A stretch of 64,000 nucleotides of DNA from Vulcanimicrobiota bacterium (GCA_963695225.1 OY968762.1:864001-928000); one strand, 5' to 3'; shown: positions 10,831 through 21,418, numbered from the stretch's first letter. Translations and numbers: made by a program. Notes: generated from the letters alone by a model not told the origin.

Positions 10831-11072
10831 TGGAACTGACCCGATTTCGTAGACAAGTGATTGAACCTAAATGCTGCATTTCTGATGTTCACATGTCTCG
10901 AATTTGACGGGACTACGGTAAGACAACAGTCAAGTCTAATCGTTGCTCATTGTACCATGTCTCAATGTAGGCGTAAATAGATTGTACGTGCATCGTCGCG
11001 CATACTCCATCTTTGTCGATGAATCAATTCCGTCTTGATCGTTGCGCTGAAGCTCTCCACCACCGTCGTCGC
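10831..11072 (-). mobile_element. IS3-family remnant (transposase C-terminus plus one terminal IR)
   Basis: Minus strand, with frameshifts, reads VVESFSATIKTELIHRQRW...IYAYIETWYNEQR...YRSPVKFE. It is followed by TGTCTACGAAATCGGGTCAGTTCCA, ending in CA (plus 10831-10855). Locally AT-rich. Confidence 0.8.
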
Positions 11073-11169
11073 GGGCGATACGCTGCGAAACATCCGCTCA
11101 GCGATCGGAACGACGCCGGCGTCCCTGTAACTTCACGATACCAGGGCGAGCTTAGATGCGTCGGTGAGC

Positions 11170-11315
11170 GCAAAACTCGTCGCGTTTGGCCTCTATGTCC
11201 TTGGCGACCGAGTGTTTCATCTCGACGATCCGCGTCTCCAGACACTGCTGTACCTGTTGCTGTCCGTTGCCGGGCGTCTCACGACATACCTCACGCGCAC
11301 GCGCGGCCCGTGGTG
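11170..11315 (+). pseudogene. fragment of a P3A-type H+-ATPase membrane domain
   Basis: LVAFGLYVLGDRVFHLDDPRLQTLLYLLLSVAGRLTTYLTRTRGPW resembles the QTLxYLKLSVAGHLTIFxTRTRGPFW segment of proton ATPases; isolated fragment. Confidence 0.6.
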
Positions 11316-11399
11316 CTCGACATTATGCATTTGGCTCGACGATTCACTCGCGCGCGGGAAGCAAGAAGCGGAACGCGTTTCAAAGGAGCGGTAGAGCGG

Positions 11400-12884
11400 C
11401 TACGAGGTGGCGTACACCTGCGTCAGGTGGCCCGTGAAGAGCATCACGAGCGCCAGCACGCCGAGCCCCACAATCGCTATCGCCGCGATCAGCTCGACTT
11501 TGTTGAACGGGCGGTCGCCGGGCGCACTCTCCCTGCGCGCCCAGATGAACACGATGTTGCCCAGCGCAAAGAACACCATGCCGGCAAGCATGTATTGCAG
11601 GCCGGCGGCATAGACGAGCCAGAGGCCGTAGATCGTCCCTAGCACGCTGCAGACGAGCGCCCCAGCTTTTCCGCTCTTCGCCGTCGCCGGGTACTGCCCG
11701 AGCGCCATCAGCTTCCAAAGGTAGCCGGTCGACCCGAGGTAGGCGGGCAAGATCATGACGCCTGTGATCGAGAGCATTACGTTCCAGGCATTTTGCGAAA
11801 AAAAGACGAGAATCATCGCCGCCTGCATCACGGCAGTCGAAACCCACAGCGAAACCGAAGGCGCCCCGTACTTGTTCGTCGCCGCGAACTCCTTCGGGTA
11901 GGTGCCGTCCTTGGCGCCTGCCCACGGCAACTGCGCGACCAGGATCGTCCAGACGAGCCAGCACGAGACGATCGCGATCATCGTGCCGGCGGTGACGAAG
12001 TTTCGTGCCCAGGTCCCCATCAGCGATCCAGCGATCAGTGCCATCGACGGCGGCGCGATCGCGGAGAGCTGGCCTTGCGACATCACGCCGAACGGGAGCA
12101 CGGAGACGATCACATAGAGGGCCGTGACGATCATGAATCCCAGCAGCGTCGCGCGGCTGACCGTCTTTGGGTCGGAGTTGTCGGACATGACGACCGCGCC
12201 TTCGATGCCGATGTAGACCCAAAGCGTGACCAACATCGTGCTTTTCACCTGCCCGAGCAGACTTCCGAGCGGCTTGTCTTCGAGCGCGCGGGAGGTCAGA
12301 TGCCCCCAAAAGTCCGTTCCCAACATCCCCACCTTCATCGCGAGCGCCACGATGACGATGAAGAACAGGAGCGGGATGAACTTGCCGAGCGTTCCGATGA
12401 TGTTCAGCGCGGAGGCGCCCTTGATGCCGCGCAACACGAGCCAGTTCATGATCCAGAAGATGAGCGAAGCCAGCAGGATCGCTTGCCAGGTGTTCCCGCC
12501 CTTGAAGTATGGCGGGAAGAAATAGTTCAACGCGTCCATCAAGAGGACGCCGAAGCCGACGTTCCCGAACGCCGACGAAAGCCAATACCCCCACGCGATC
12601 TGGAATCCAGCGTACTTGCCGAATCCGTTGCGCGAGTACATGTAGATCCCCGATTTCAGCTCAGGCTTGATGTCGGCGAGGACCTGAAACGTCCGCGCCA
12701 TGAAGTACATGCCGAGGCCGGAGATGAGCCACGCGATCAGCACCGCGCCGAGCGCGGCCGATTGCGCCATGTTCTGCGGCAGGTTCATGACGCCGCCGCC
12801 GACCATCGCGCTGATGACCAGCATCGTCATGGCGAACAGGCCGAGTTTGTGGGGGGCCTTCGGAGCCGCTTGTGAAGTGGCCAT
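11400..12884 (-). CDS. APC-family basic amino acid/polyamine antiporter (ArcD/AdiC-like)
   Basis: Start MATSQAAPK at 12884 (ATGA overlap with the decarboxylase); KLGLFAMT..ISAMVGGGVMNLPQNMA, WGYW, MLVTLWVYIGIEGA; many TM helices. Confidence 0.92.
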   Translation of the reverse strand: MATSQAAPKAPHKLGLFAMTMLVISAMVGGGVMNLPQNMAQSAALGAVLIAWLISGLGMYFMARTFQVLADIKPELKSGIYMYSRNGFGKYAGFQIAWGYWLSSAFGNVGFGVLLMDALNYFFPPYFKGGNTWQAILLASLIFWIMNWLVLRGIKGASALNIIGTLGKFIPLLFFIVIVALAMKVGMLGTDFWGHLTSRALEDKPLGSLLGQVKSTMLVTLWVYIGIEGAVVMSDNSDPKTVSRATLLGFMIVTALYVIVSVLPFGVMSQGQLSAIAPPSMALIAGSLMGTWARNFVTAGTMIAIVSCWLVWTILVAQLPWAGAKDGTYPKEFAATNKYGAPSVSLWVSTAVMQAAMILVFFSQNAWNVMLSITGVMILPAYLGSTGYLWKLMALGQYPATAKSGKAGALVCSVLGTIYGLWLVYAAGLQYMLAGMVFFALGNIVFIWARRESAPGDRPFNKVELIAAIAIVGLGVLALVMLFTGHLTQVYATS

Positions 12885-15187
12885 CACAGTCCCTCCTTCA
12901 CGCATAAGATCCGGTAGCGCCCATCCTCGACCTCGACGCCGTGCGTGTCGTGGCCGAACCCTGGGAACTCCGCGTCGAACGCCTGGAGCGCCCGCAGGTA
13001 GCCGAGTAACGGGCCGTCGGCGCCGCCCGAACTCTCCCCGGGCATCATCAACGGAATCCCCGGCGGATACGGCACGACGCCCGTGGCAACGGTGCGCCCC
13101 GCCATCTGGTCGAGCGTGAGCGATTCGACCTGGCCGTTCACGAGCCGCTCGTACGCTTCGACCGGGGAGAGCACGGGCGCGGGCAGCACGCCGAAGGCCG
13201 CCGCGAGCAACTCGGTGGTCCGATGTTTCTTGACCGCCGCGAACATCGCGTTCGCGAGCTCGGCGATCCCGAGTGCGCCATACTGTTCGGGATGGGCCGC
13301 GGCGAGTGCTGGTATGGCCCGGGCGAGCGGCGTATCGGCGAGAAGATCGCGGTGGAGCGCGAGCAGTGCGTTGACGAGCGTCCCCCACTTGCCGCGCGTC
13401 ACGCCCATCGAGAACAGGAACAGGCTCGTGAAGTCCGTCGTCTTCTCGACGACGATCCCTTGCGCGTCGAGGTACGCTGCCAGCAACGAGGCCGGAACGC
13501 CGCTCGCCTGCAGCTTCCCGTCACGTCCCATGCCGGGCGTCACGATCGAGACCTTGATCGGGTCGAGCAGGCAATACCCGTCTTCGATCGCGCCGAAGCC
13601 GTGCCACGGCTCGCCGGGGTGAAGGACCCACGCGTTCGGGTCGCACGCGAGTTGCTCGGGATCGGCCAAGTGAAACGGCGTCGCCTTGCCGGTCCGCGCG
13701 TCGGCGACGGCGTCCGGCTGCCAGGCGTTGAAGAACCAGCCGCCTTCGGCCTGGAACTCGGCACTAAGCCGCGCGAGCGTCTGCCGGAACGCGACGGCTT
13801 CGCGGATCGATTCGCCGGTCAGCGCCTCGCCGGACGGCCCGTCCATCATCGCCGCGGCGATGTCGTTCGACGCGATGATCGCATACTGCGGCGAGGTCGA
13901 GGCGTGCATCATGAACGCCTCGTTGAAGCGCGCGTGGCCGATCGGACGGCGGCCGTCCCGCACGTGGATGTACGAGGCCTGCGAGAGTGCCGCCAGCAGC
14001 TTGTGCGTCGACTGCGTCGCGAAGAGCGTCGGGTGACCCTCTCGCGAATCGCCCGGGTCGCCGTGCATCGCGAAGCGCTTGGCGTAAAGCGGGTTGAAGC
14101 GCGCGTAGCCGAACCAAGCCTCGTCGAAATGCAGCCGGTCGACCGATTGCCCGAGCAACGCCTCGACCCGCTCGACGTTGTAGCACAGGCCGTCGTACGT
14201 CGAGTTCGTTACGACCGCGTGGCGCGGCGTACGGTCGGCGCCGGATTTGACTAGCGCGTTGGCCGCGATGCTCGTGCGGATCGCGGCGGGTTCGAGGTGG
14301 TCCGCATGGATTGGGCCGATCAAGCCCAGGTAATTGCGCGACGGCATTAGATACGTCGGGATCGCGCCCGACAGCGTCATCCCGTGCTCGACCGACTTGT
14401 GGCAGTTGCGGTCGCAGAGCGCGATCTGGTCGCGCGTCACGCTCGCCATCAGGATCACGCGGTTCGACGTGGAGGAGCCGTTGGTGATGAAGTACGTGCG
14501 GTCCGCGCCGAACACGCCCGCGGCGTAGCGCTCCGCTTCGCCGATCGGGCCGGAGTGGTCGAGCAGCGAACCCAGTTCGCCAACCGAGATCGAAAGATCC
14601 GAGCGGAAGAGCTCCTCGCCGAAGAATTCGAAGAACGCGCGGCCCGCCGGGTGTTTGAGAAAGGCCGTACCGCCCGCGTGCCCCGGTGTGTGCCACGAGT
14701 ACTCGTAGGTCCCCGCGAACGCGGCCAGCGCCTTGAACATCGGCGGCAACAACGTCGCTCGATAGCGATCGATCGCGGCGGCGACGCGGCCGCCGACGAA
14801 ATCCGGGGTGTCTTCGAACAGCCAGATATAATCGTTGACGTGCTCGAGGATGCTGGTCGGGATCCCGGCGAGCGAGCCGCTCGAGGCGAGCAGGAACACC
14901 GGCAGCCGCGCGGCCCGCCTGCGCACGGCGGCGATCACGTTCCGTGCGCTCGCATGCTCCGGTGGCCCCGCGAGCTCCCAATCGATCAAGACGGCTTGGA
15001 GCAGCGCGTTGGTCGCGATCTGCGCCTCGGCCTCGCCTTGCGAGACGGCATCGACGACGTCGATCTCGCGGTCGTGCAGGTCGCCGATCAAGGCGGCCGT
15101 CGCGCGGCCCGCCGCGCTCGTGGCGTCCAGGCCGTTGTGCACGACGAGAGCGCTGCGGCAGAAGAGGATTCCCGGAACGCTCGGCAT
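12884..15187 (-). CDS. Orn/Lys/Arg decarboxylase (AdiA/CadA-like, with N-terminal wing domain)
   Basis: Start MPSVPG; YSWHTPGHAGG, DLSISVGELGSLLDHSG, NGSSTSN, DRNCHKS, NSTYDG, HFDEAW, PLP Lys motif TQSTHK, PYPPGIP. Confidence 0.93.
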   Translation of the reverse strand: MPSVPGILFCRSALVVHNGLDATSAAGRATAALIGDLHDREIDVVDAVSQGEAEAQIATNALLQAVLIDWELAGPPEHASARNVIAAVRRRAARLPVFLLASSGSLAGIPTSILEHVNDYIWLFEDTPDFVGGRVAAAIDRYRATLLPPMFKALAAFAGTYEYSWHTPGHAGGTAFLKHPAGRAFFEFFGEELFRSDLSISVGELGSLLDHSGPIGEAERYAAGVFGADRTYFITNGSSTSNRVILMASVTRDQIALCDRNCHKSVEHGMTLSGAIPTYLMPSRNYLGLIGPIHADHLEPAAIRTSIAANALVKSGADRTPRHAVVTNSTYDGLCYNVERVEALLGQSVDRLHFDEAWFGYARFNPLYAKRFAMHGDPGDSREGHPTLFATQSTHKLLAALSQASYIHVRDGRRPIGHARFNEAFMMHASTSPQYAIIASNDIAAAMMDGPSGEALTGESIREAVAFRQTLARLSAEFQAEGGWFFNAWQPDAVADARTGKATPFHLADPEQLACDPNAWVLHPGEPWHGFGAIEDGYCLLDPIKVSIVTPGMGRDGKLQASGVPASLLAAYLDAQGIVVEKTTDFTSLFLFSMGVTRGKWGTLVNALLALHRDLLADTPLARAIPALAAAHPEQYGALGIAELANAMFAAVKKHRTTELLAAAFGVLPAPVLSPVEAYERLVNGQVESLTLDQMAGRTVATGVVPYPPGIPLMMPGESSGGADGPLLGYLRALQAFDAEFPGFGHDTHGVEVEDGRYRILCVKEGL

Positions 15188-15192
15188 GCGCG

Positions 15193-17556
15193 CTACTCCT
15201 TTACCACGTAGGTGTGGAACACGATCTTCCCGTCGACGTCCTCGGCGTAGACGCCCTGGACTTCGTACGCGAAGCCGGGGAAGCGATTGAACGCTTCCTC
15301 GAAAACGAGGAAGTAGTCGAGCATCGGCTGTGCGCGCTCGTCGTAGCGCTCTCCCGGGACGACGATCCCGATCCCGGGCGGGTAGATCAGCGCCAGCACG
15401 GCGGCGACCCGGCCCTTGCACTGCGAGAGCGGCAAGTAGTCGACCTCGTTGCCGACGAGCGCCTCGGTCGCGCGTTGCACCGACATCGCCTGCCCGGGGA
15501 AGTGTTCGGCGCGAAAGCACAAGCGCTGCAGTTCCTTGATGTCGCGCTCCCGATAGAAGCCGTGCATCTCGTCGCACAATCGGCGGAGCGTGTAGCCGGC
15601 GTAGCGCTCGGGATAGCGCGCGGACGCGCTCGGCAGGACGTCCTCGAGCACCGCGTCCGCGTCGTAGAGTTCCTTGAACGCGACCAGACGCGAGATCAGC
15701 GACGCGCACTTCGACGGTTCGGTCGCGGGCGTCATCAGGAACAGGATGCTGTTGAGATCGCACTTTTCCGGGATGATGTTGTGCTCCCGAAGGTACGCTG
15801 AGAGCAGCACCGCGGGGATCCCGATCTTCCGGTAGTCGCCCGTCTCGCGGTCGAGCCCGGGCGTGATCAGCGTCAGCTTGTTGGGGTCGGTCATCGCCCA
15901 GCCCTGCGCAGCGTTGCGAAAGCCGTGCCAGCTCGCGCCGGGCGCGAACGCCCAATAGGCCTGCTCGCGCGCCAGCACGTCCGTGGGAATGCTCTCCCAC
16001 GGTACTCGGTCGAGATCGGGGCTGACCTTGGAGCCTACGGGCGTCACGACGTCGGGGACGAAGGGGTCAAAGAACCACGACGTGCGCTCGTCGTTTGTTG
16101 CCGCAAACTCGGCTCCCAGCGTGCGCAGCTTCTTGCGCGTCTCGATGCCGATGCGGACCGCGTCGTCCCACAAAGCGAGGCCGTTGCGTCCCTCGTGCAT
16201 CCGCGCATCGACGTCGAGACAGGCGAACAGCGGGTAGAACGGGGAGGTCGAGCAATGCAGCATGTACATCTCGTTGAAGCGCCGGTGCTCGGTGCGCCGC
16301 TGCTGCCCCTTGATGTGGTGGTCGCGGACGTGAATCTGCGAGGCCTGCGAGAAACCGGCGAGCTGCTTGTGCGTCGATTGGGAGGCGACGATACCGGGGC
16401 TTTGCGCATCGAGGTTCGCGACGCCCATCGCATAGTGCCCGGCGAAGAGCGGGTGGAACTTCATGAAGCCGGCCCAAGCTTCGTCGAAGAATACGTAGTC
16501 GCACAGCCGGCCGATGCGTTCGATGACCTTGGTCGCGTTGTAAATCGTGCCGTCGTAACTACACTGCTCGATGATCGCGAGACGGAACGGGCGCTCGCGC
16601 TTCCAGGCGCCCTTGTCGGTGACGAGCGGATGCGTGCGGATCTGCTCTCGCAACTTCCCTTCGTCGAGTGCGTCGTAGTCGATCGGGCCGATCAAGCCCT
16701 GCGGATTGCGGTCGGTCTCGACGTAGACCGGGATCGCGCCCGCGAGCAGCAGCGCGCCTTGGTGGTTCGACTTATGGTTGTTCCGGTCGAACAGGACGAG
16801 ATCGCCGCGTTTGAGCAACGCCGCCGAGATAACCTTGTTCGACGTCGACGTTCCGTTCAGGATGAAGTACGTGCGGTCGGCGCCGAATACTTTCGCGGCG
16901 GCTTTTTCCGCGGCAAGCGCCGGGCCTTCGTGGATCAGCAGATCGCCGAGCTCCGGGACCGAATTATCGAGGTCGTTGCGGAAGATCGCTTCGCCGAGAT
17001 GCTCGACGAAAAGCCGGCCCGCCGGGCTGCGGCGATAGAACTCGCCGCCCTGGTGCCCCGGGCACGTCCACATCTGGTTGCCTTCGTAATCGTGGTCCAT
17101 CAGCGCGCCGAAGAACGGCGGTTTCAGGCTCGCCGCGTAGCGCTCTAGCGCGAAGACGACTTCCTTCGCCGAGAAATCCGGCGTCTCGTTGTCGAGATAG
17201 ACGTAGCCCGATACTTCGCCGAGCGGAACGAGCGAGAGCGACTCGACGCCCTTCAACTCGCTGACGAGATAGATCGGCGTGTCGAGGCCGCGCTGCCGCC
17301 GGATGTAATCGACGAGTTGCTGCACATCGGGTTCGTTCGGTCCGTCGATCGCAAGCAAGAAGCAGCCGATCGCCATGTCGCTCTCGGCGGCAACGTGCGC
17401 GCCTTTCGGCGTCGACACGAGATCGGTGTGATAGCCGCAGCCGGCGATCGCATCGAGGAGACGCTGCGTCAAGCGGCCTTCGTCGCCATGCGGCGCACCC
17501 TCGAAGGACGCGCTGTACAGGAGAAAATGGAAGAGCTTCTGGTAGGGGATCGCCAT
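15193..17556 (-). CDS. ornithine decarboxylase-like protein (SpeC/SpeF type)
   Basis: Start MAIPYQK; CPGHQGG, LGDLLIHEG, NGTSTSNK, DRNNHKSNH, QSTHKQLAGFSQASQIH, STSPFYPLFA, PEKCDLNSILFL - motifs typical of the SpeC/SpeF subgroup. Confidence 0.92.
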   Translation of the reverse strand: MAIPYQKLFHFLLYSASFEGAPHGDEGRLTQRLLDAIAGCGYHTDLVSTPKGAHVAAESDMAIGCFLLAIDGPNEPDVQQLVDYIRRQRGLDTPIYLVSELKGVESLSLVPLGEVSGYVYLDNETPDFSAKEVVFALERYAASLKPPFFGALMDHDYEGNQMWTCPGHQGGEFYRRSPAGRLFVEHLGEAIFRNDLDNSVPELGDLLIHEGPALAAEKAAAKVFGADRTYFILNGTSTSNKVISAALLKRGDLVLFDRNNHKSNHQGALLLAGAIPVYVETDRNPQGLIGPIDYDALDEGKLREQIRTHPLVTDKGAWKRERPFRLAIIEQCSYDGTIYNATKVIERIGRLCDYVFFDEAWAGFMKFHPLFAGHYAMGVANLDAQSPGIVASQSTHKQLAGFSQASQIHVRDHHIKGQQRRTEHRRFNEMYMLHCSTSPFYPLFACLDVDARMHEGRNGLALWDDAVRIGIETRKKLRTLGAEFAATNDERTSWFFDPFVPDVVTPVGSKVSPDLDRVPWESIPTDVLAREQAYWAFAPGASWHGFRNAAQGWAMTDPNKLTLITPGLDRETGDYRKIGIPAVLLSAYLREHNIIPEKCDLNSILFLMTPATEPSKCASLISRLVAFKELYDADAVLEDVLPSASARYPERYAGYTLRRLCDEMHGFYRERDIKELQRLCFRAEHFPGQAMSVQRATEALVGNEVDYLPLSQCKGRVAAVLALIYPPGIGIVVPGERYDERAQPMLDYFLVFEEAFNRFPGFAYEVQGVYAEDVDGKIVFHTYVVKE

Positions 17557-17895
17557 TTCGCACACTTTCGGCCGCACGACGCCGCCGACGTGATTGCGCC
17601 CGACAATCCTGGCGTGCGCCTTCGCAATCTCGTCGTTGCCGAACGGCCCGGCGAGCCTCTCTTTGCCCCAAGAGGAGAGCCGGATTCTTGGGATCCGGAC
17701 TCCACATCGGTTATATCATGCGGTAAGGAAAGGCCGCTATCCCTAAATCTCGCGATACAGCGGGGGGGACGATCCGGATCGCCGCGACGCCGATCCGCTC
17801 GCACGGCGTACCGGCGATTCACCCATGGCACGGGCGTTCTGCCCGCGGATCCCACATGGCGTTTATGCCCGCAAGCAAAGTGGGAACAGCCGAAT

Positions 17896-19059
17896 ATGAG
17901 AGTCTTATTCGTGGGGTCTTATCCGCCGCGCGAGTGTGGAGTTGCCACCTTCACACGGGATTTGGTCGCGGGCATCGGCGGCTCCGGCCTCGCAACCTGC
18001 GATGTCATAGCGATCGACGAGCAGGTGGGCATCAACCGGGACTATCCGCCCGAGGTGGTCGCACGCATCCAGCGCGACGATCGTGCATCGTATTTTGCCG
18101 CAGCGGCGTTTGCTAGCGCTCGGCCGTACGACGTGGTGTGCGTGCAGCACGAGTATGGATTGTTCGGCGGCCACGTGGGAGGGATGTTCCTGCATTTCGT
18201 CAAGGCGCTCCGCAAGCCGCTCGTCGTCTCGATGCATACAGTCCTCTCCACGCCCTGCTCCGCGATGCGCGAGGTGGCGCAAGAGGTCGGGAAACGGGCC
18301 AATAAGGTGGTCGTGCTATCCCCCTCCGGCGCGGGAATCCTCGAATCCGCGTACGGGCTCGGAAGCGGCAGCGTCGAGATGATCCATCACGGCGTGCCGG
18401 ACGTGCCGTACACAAGAACTGCGGCGGCGAAGGCGCACCTTGGGCTGCAAGGGCGTAAGGTGGTGACGACGTTTGGGTTGCTCAACAGCGGCAAGGGCAT
18501 CGAATACGCGATCGATGCGATCGAAGACATCCGGCGCAAGCACCCCGACGTGCTGTACCTGGTGCTGGGCAAGACGCATCCCGGCGTGCTGCAGGTCGAG
18601 GGTGAAGCGTATCGCTCGCGGCTGGCGCAGCAAATCAAAGAGCGCGCCCTGCAGAGGAACGTGACCTTCGTCGATCGCTACTTCGCCATCGGCGAGTTGC
18701 TGGAATATCTCGCTGCGACCGATATTTACGTCACGCCGTATCTCGACCGCGAGCAGATCGTCAGCGGGACGCTCGCCTATGCGGTGGGCTGCGGCAAGCC
18801 GGTGGTCTCGACGCCGTATCGCTACGCGGTCGATTTGCTGGCGGAAGGCCGCGGCGTCCTATGCGACTTCTCAGATTCGCGATCGCTCTCGACCGCGTTC
18901 GATCGCCTGCTGAGCGATGACGCGCTGCGCACGGGAATCACGGCGAAGGCTTGGGCGTTCGGGCGGCAGATGACGTGGGACAACGTTGCGCGCGAGTACA
19001 CGAAGCTCTTCAAGCGCGTACAAACCAGCGAGACACTGCTCTCCGCCTACGTTGCGTAA
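17896..19059 (+). CDS. glycosyltransferase family 4 protein
   Basis: MRVLFVGSYPPRECGVATFT, QHEYGLFGG, TFGLLNSGKGIE, YVTPYLDREQIVSGTLAYA. Confidence 0.92.
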   Translation: MRVLFVGSYPPRECGVATFTRDLVAGIGGSGLATCDVIAIDEQVGINRDYPPEVVARIQRDDRASYFAAAAFASARPYDVVCVQHEYGLFGGHVGGMFLHFVKALRKPLVVSMHTVLSTPCSAMREVAQEVGKRANKVVVLSPSGAGILESAYGLGSGSVEMIHHGVPDVPYTRTAAAKAHLGLQGRKVVTTFGLLNSGKGIEYAIDAIEDIRRKHPDVLYLVLGKTHPGVLQVEGEAYRSRLAQQIKERALQRNVTFVDRYFAIGELLEYLAATDIYVTPYLDREQIVSGTLAYAVGCGKPVVSTPYRYAVDLLAEGRGVLCDFSDSRSLSTAFDRLLSDDALRTGITAKAWAFGRQMTWDNVAREYTKLFKRVQTSETLLSAYVA

Positions 19060-19207
19060 CGGTCGCGACCGGGCGCTGGATCTCCGTTCGCGCTCACCAG
19101 TTGTTAGTGGGCCCGATACCAGGAATCCAGCGCCGTGAGAACGCCGACCCTGGGAGTTGTCGCCGGAAACGGCAGGAGCGGGCTTCACCGAGGCGCAGGC
19201 TAGAGGC

Positions 19208-20152
19208 ATGGCGGTGGATCGGCACGCTCTCTTGGCCGAAATGGCGGGCGAGGTCAAGCTAGGGGGAACGTTCCTAGCATTGGCTGCGTCTTCGAGCGCG
19301 ATCGCCACGTTCGGCTTGCTCGCGAATAGCGTCGCGGTCATTATCGGAGCGATGCTCATCGCTCCGTTGATGACGCCGACCGTCGCGGCGGCGCTCGCTA
19401 TCATCGGCGGCGACTTCAAGCTATTTCGCTCCGCGTTGTTCGAAGTCGCCGTCGCGTCGGTTCTCGCGATCGCCTTCTCGGCGCTCATCGCGGCGGCCGT
19501 ACACCTGCCGGTTCCTGGATCTGAGATTTTGGCGCGGGGCCAGCCGAATCTCTTGGACCTGGGGGTCGCGCTTGCCGCCGGCGCGATCGCGGGGTTCGCG
19601 AGAATCCGCAAGAACATCGCGACCACCGTGGCCGGCGCGGCGATCGCAGTCGCATTAATGCCGCCCCTGTGCGTCGCCGGCATCGGGATTTCCCTGCGGA
19701 ACGGCGAGTTGGCCTACGGCGCGCTCCTGCTCTTCGTGACGAACTTTGTCGGCATCGTCGTCGCCTGCGCGCTCGTTTTCGCAGCAAGCGGCCTTGCATC
19801 TCGTTACGCACGCGGAGGCATCTTCGGCACGCTAGCCTTGCTCGCCCTAATCGCGATCCCGTTGGCACTTGCCACAGCGAGGCTCGAGGAGCAACAACGT
19901 CTCGAGGCAACCCTGCGAGCCGGGCTCCTCAACGACACCCAGACCTTCAAGCGGGTACAACTCGTCAGCACGACGATCGATTGGCTGCAGAGTCCGGTCC
20001 GCGTCGAGCTCGTCGTGCGCGCGCAGGAGCCGATCACGCCGACCCAGGTCGGCTTTCTGCAATCGTTCGCGGAGCAACGCATTCGACGAAAGCTCCAACT
20101 CGTGGTGGACGTCTCGCCCATCAGCACGGTTCGAGCCCCTGCTGCGCCGTGA
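19208..20152 (+). CDS. DUF389 / TIGR00341-type hydrophobic membrane protein
   Basis: IATFGLLANSVAVIIGAMLIAPLM, EILARGQPNLLDL, GAAIAVALMPPL; start could be 19157. Confidence 0.85.
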   Translation: MAVDRHALLAEMAGEVKLGGTFLALAASSSAIATFGLLANSVAVIIGAMLIAPLMTPTVAAALAIIGGDFKLFRSALFEVAVASVLAIAFSALIAAAVHLPVPGSEILARGQPNLLDLGVALAAGAIAGFARIRKNIATTVAGAAIAVALMPPLCVAGIGISLRNGELAYGALLLFVTNFVGIVVACALVFAASGLASRYARGGIFGTLALLALIAIPLALATARLEEQQRLEATLRAGLLNDTQTFKRVQLVSTTIDWLQSPVRVELVVRAQEPITPTQVGFLQSFAEQRIRRKLQLVVDVSPISTVRAPAAP

Positions 20153-20215
20153 GGAAGTGCCTTCGGTGCCGTCGCGTACGCTGCGCCTCTGCGACCCTTC
20201 GTACGTGATCCCACG

Positions 20216-21418
20216 ATGAACCCTAGCGACCTCGTCCTCGGCGTCGAGGCGTTCGTCGCGTTGATCGCGGCTGCGCTCCTGCTCTCTATGCTCGCCGAGC
20301 GCGCGGGCGTTCCGGCTGCCGTGTTGCTCGTCGGCGCCGGCATTATCGGCGGCAGCATCTGGCATATCCGGCCGCCGTTTGACTTCAGTGGTGCGATCCT
20401 CTTCATCTTCTTGCCTCCGTTGATCTTCGAGGCGGCCTGGAACGTGCATCTGGCCGAACTGCGCCACACCTGGAAGCAGACGACTCTGCTCGCGCTGCCC
20501 GGCACCGTTGTGGTCGCGTTTGCGATCGCCGGCGCAATCACGGCGCTCGGGGCTCTGCCGTTCGGCGCGGCGCTCCTTTTTGGCGCCATGGTTGCGGCGA
20601 CGGACCCGGTCGCGGTGATCGCAGTCTTTCGCAAGTTCCCGGTCCCCGATCGCGTGAAGACGATCGTCGAAGCGGAGTCCATCTCCAACGACGGTGTCGC
20701 CGTCGTGCTCTACGCGACCGCCTTGACGATCGCAACGGGTGGGAGCGTGAATTGGCTCACGTCCGCCGGGCACGGCGCGATCGAAGTGGCGGGTGGCGTC
20801 GCAATCGGCTGCAGTCTCGCCTATGCGGCATGGTGGCTCCTTCAAGCGACGTCGTCCTCGGAGTACGAAGTGACGACGACCGTTGCGCTCGCATACATCG
20901 CCTATCTAGCAGCCGCTCGCCTGGATCTTTCGGGGATTTTCGCCTGCGCTGCAGCGGGTGTCGTGTTGCGCGCGCTGCAGCGCCGAAGAGCTCACGCGAT
21001 CGAGAACCTGGACGACGCCGACCGATTCTGGAATACGACCGCGTATATCGCCAACGCGGTCGTGTTCATCTCGACCGGGCTCGTGATCGACTTCCCGCGC
21101 ATCACTCACGAGCCGGCGCTCATCGCCGTCGCAATCGCGGTCGTACTCGTCTCGCGCGCGGTGCTCGTCAGCCTCGTCCTGCGGGATGCCCGTTCCCGCG
21201 TGACCGCATTCCTCGCGGGGATGCGAGGCGCGCTGCCCCTCGCGCTAGCGCTTGCTCTTCCCGCCGAGCTCCCGCACCGCGCGGAGATCATCGACGCAGT
21301 TTTCGCGACCGTGTTCGTCACGCTGGTATTGCAGGGACTGCCGCTCGAGCCTGTCGTACGACGACTCTATCCGTCGGATCGAACGAAGGCCGTAGCGGCG
21401 GCTGCGAACACGCCGTAG
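20216..21418 (+). CDS. CPA1-family cation:proton (Na+/H+) antiporter
   Basis: FLPPLIFEAAW, ATDPVAV, EAESISNDG, GMRGALPLALAL, TLVLQG. Confidence 0.92.
   Translation: MNPSDLVLGVEAFVALIAAALLLSMLAERAGVPAAVLLVGAGIIGGSIWHIRPPFDFSGAILFIFLPPLIFEAAWNVHLAELRHTWKQTTLLALPGTVVVAFAIAGAITALGALPFGAALLFGAMVAATDPVAVIAVFRKFPVPDRVKTIVEAESISNDGVAVVLYATALTIATGGSVNWLTSAGHGAIEVAGGVAIGCSLAYAAWWLLQATSSSEYEVTTTVALAYIAYLAAARLDLSGIFACAAAGVVLRALQRRRAHAIENLDDADRFWNTTAYIANAVVFISTGLVIDFPRITHEPALIAVAIAVVLVSRAVLVSLVLRDARSRVTAFLAGMRGALPLALALALPAELPHRAEIIDAVFATVFVTLVLQGLPLEPVVRRLYPSDRTKAVAAAANTP

Noticed and set aside
12884..16000. 1038-aa decarboxylase and other N-terminally over-extended ORF calls (11400-13388, 17317-19059, 27336-30209, 43451-45934)
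   Set aside because: The extensions overlap neighbouring genes; realistic starts were chosen from motifs and RBS positions.
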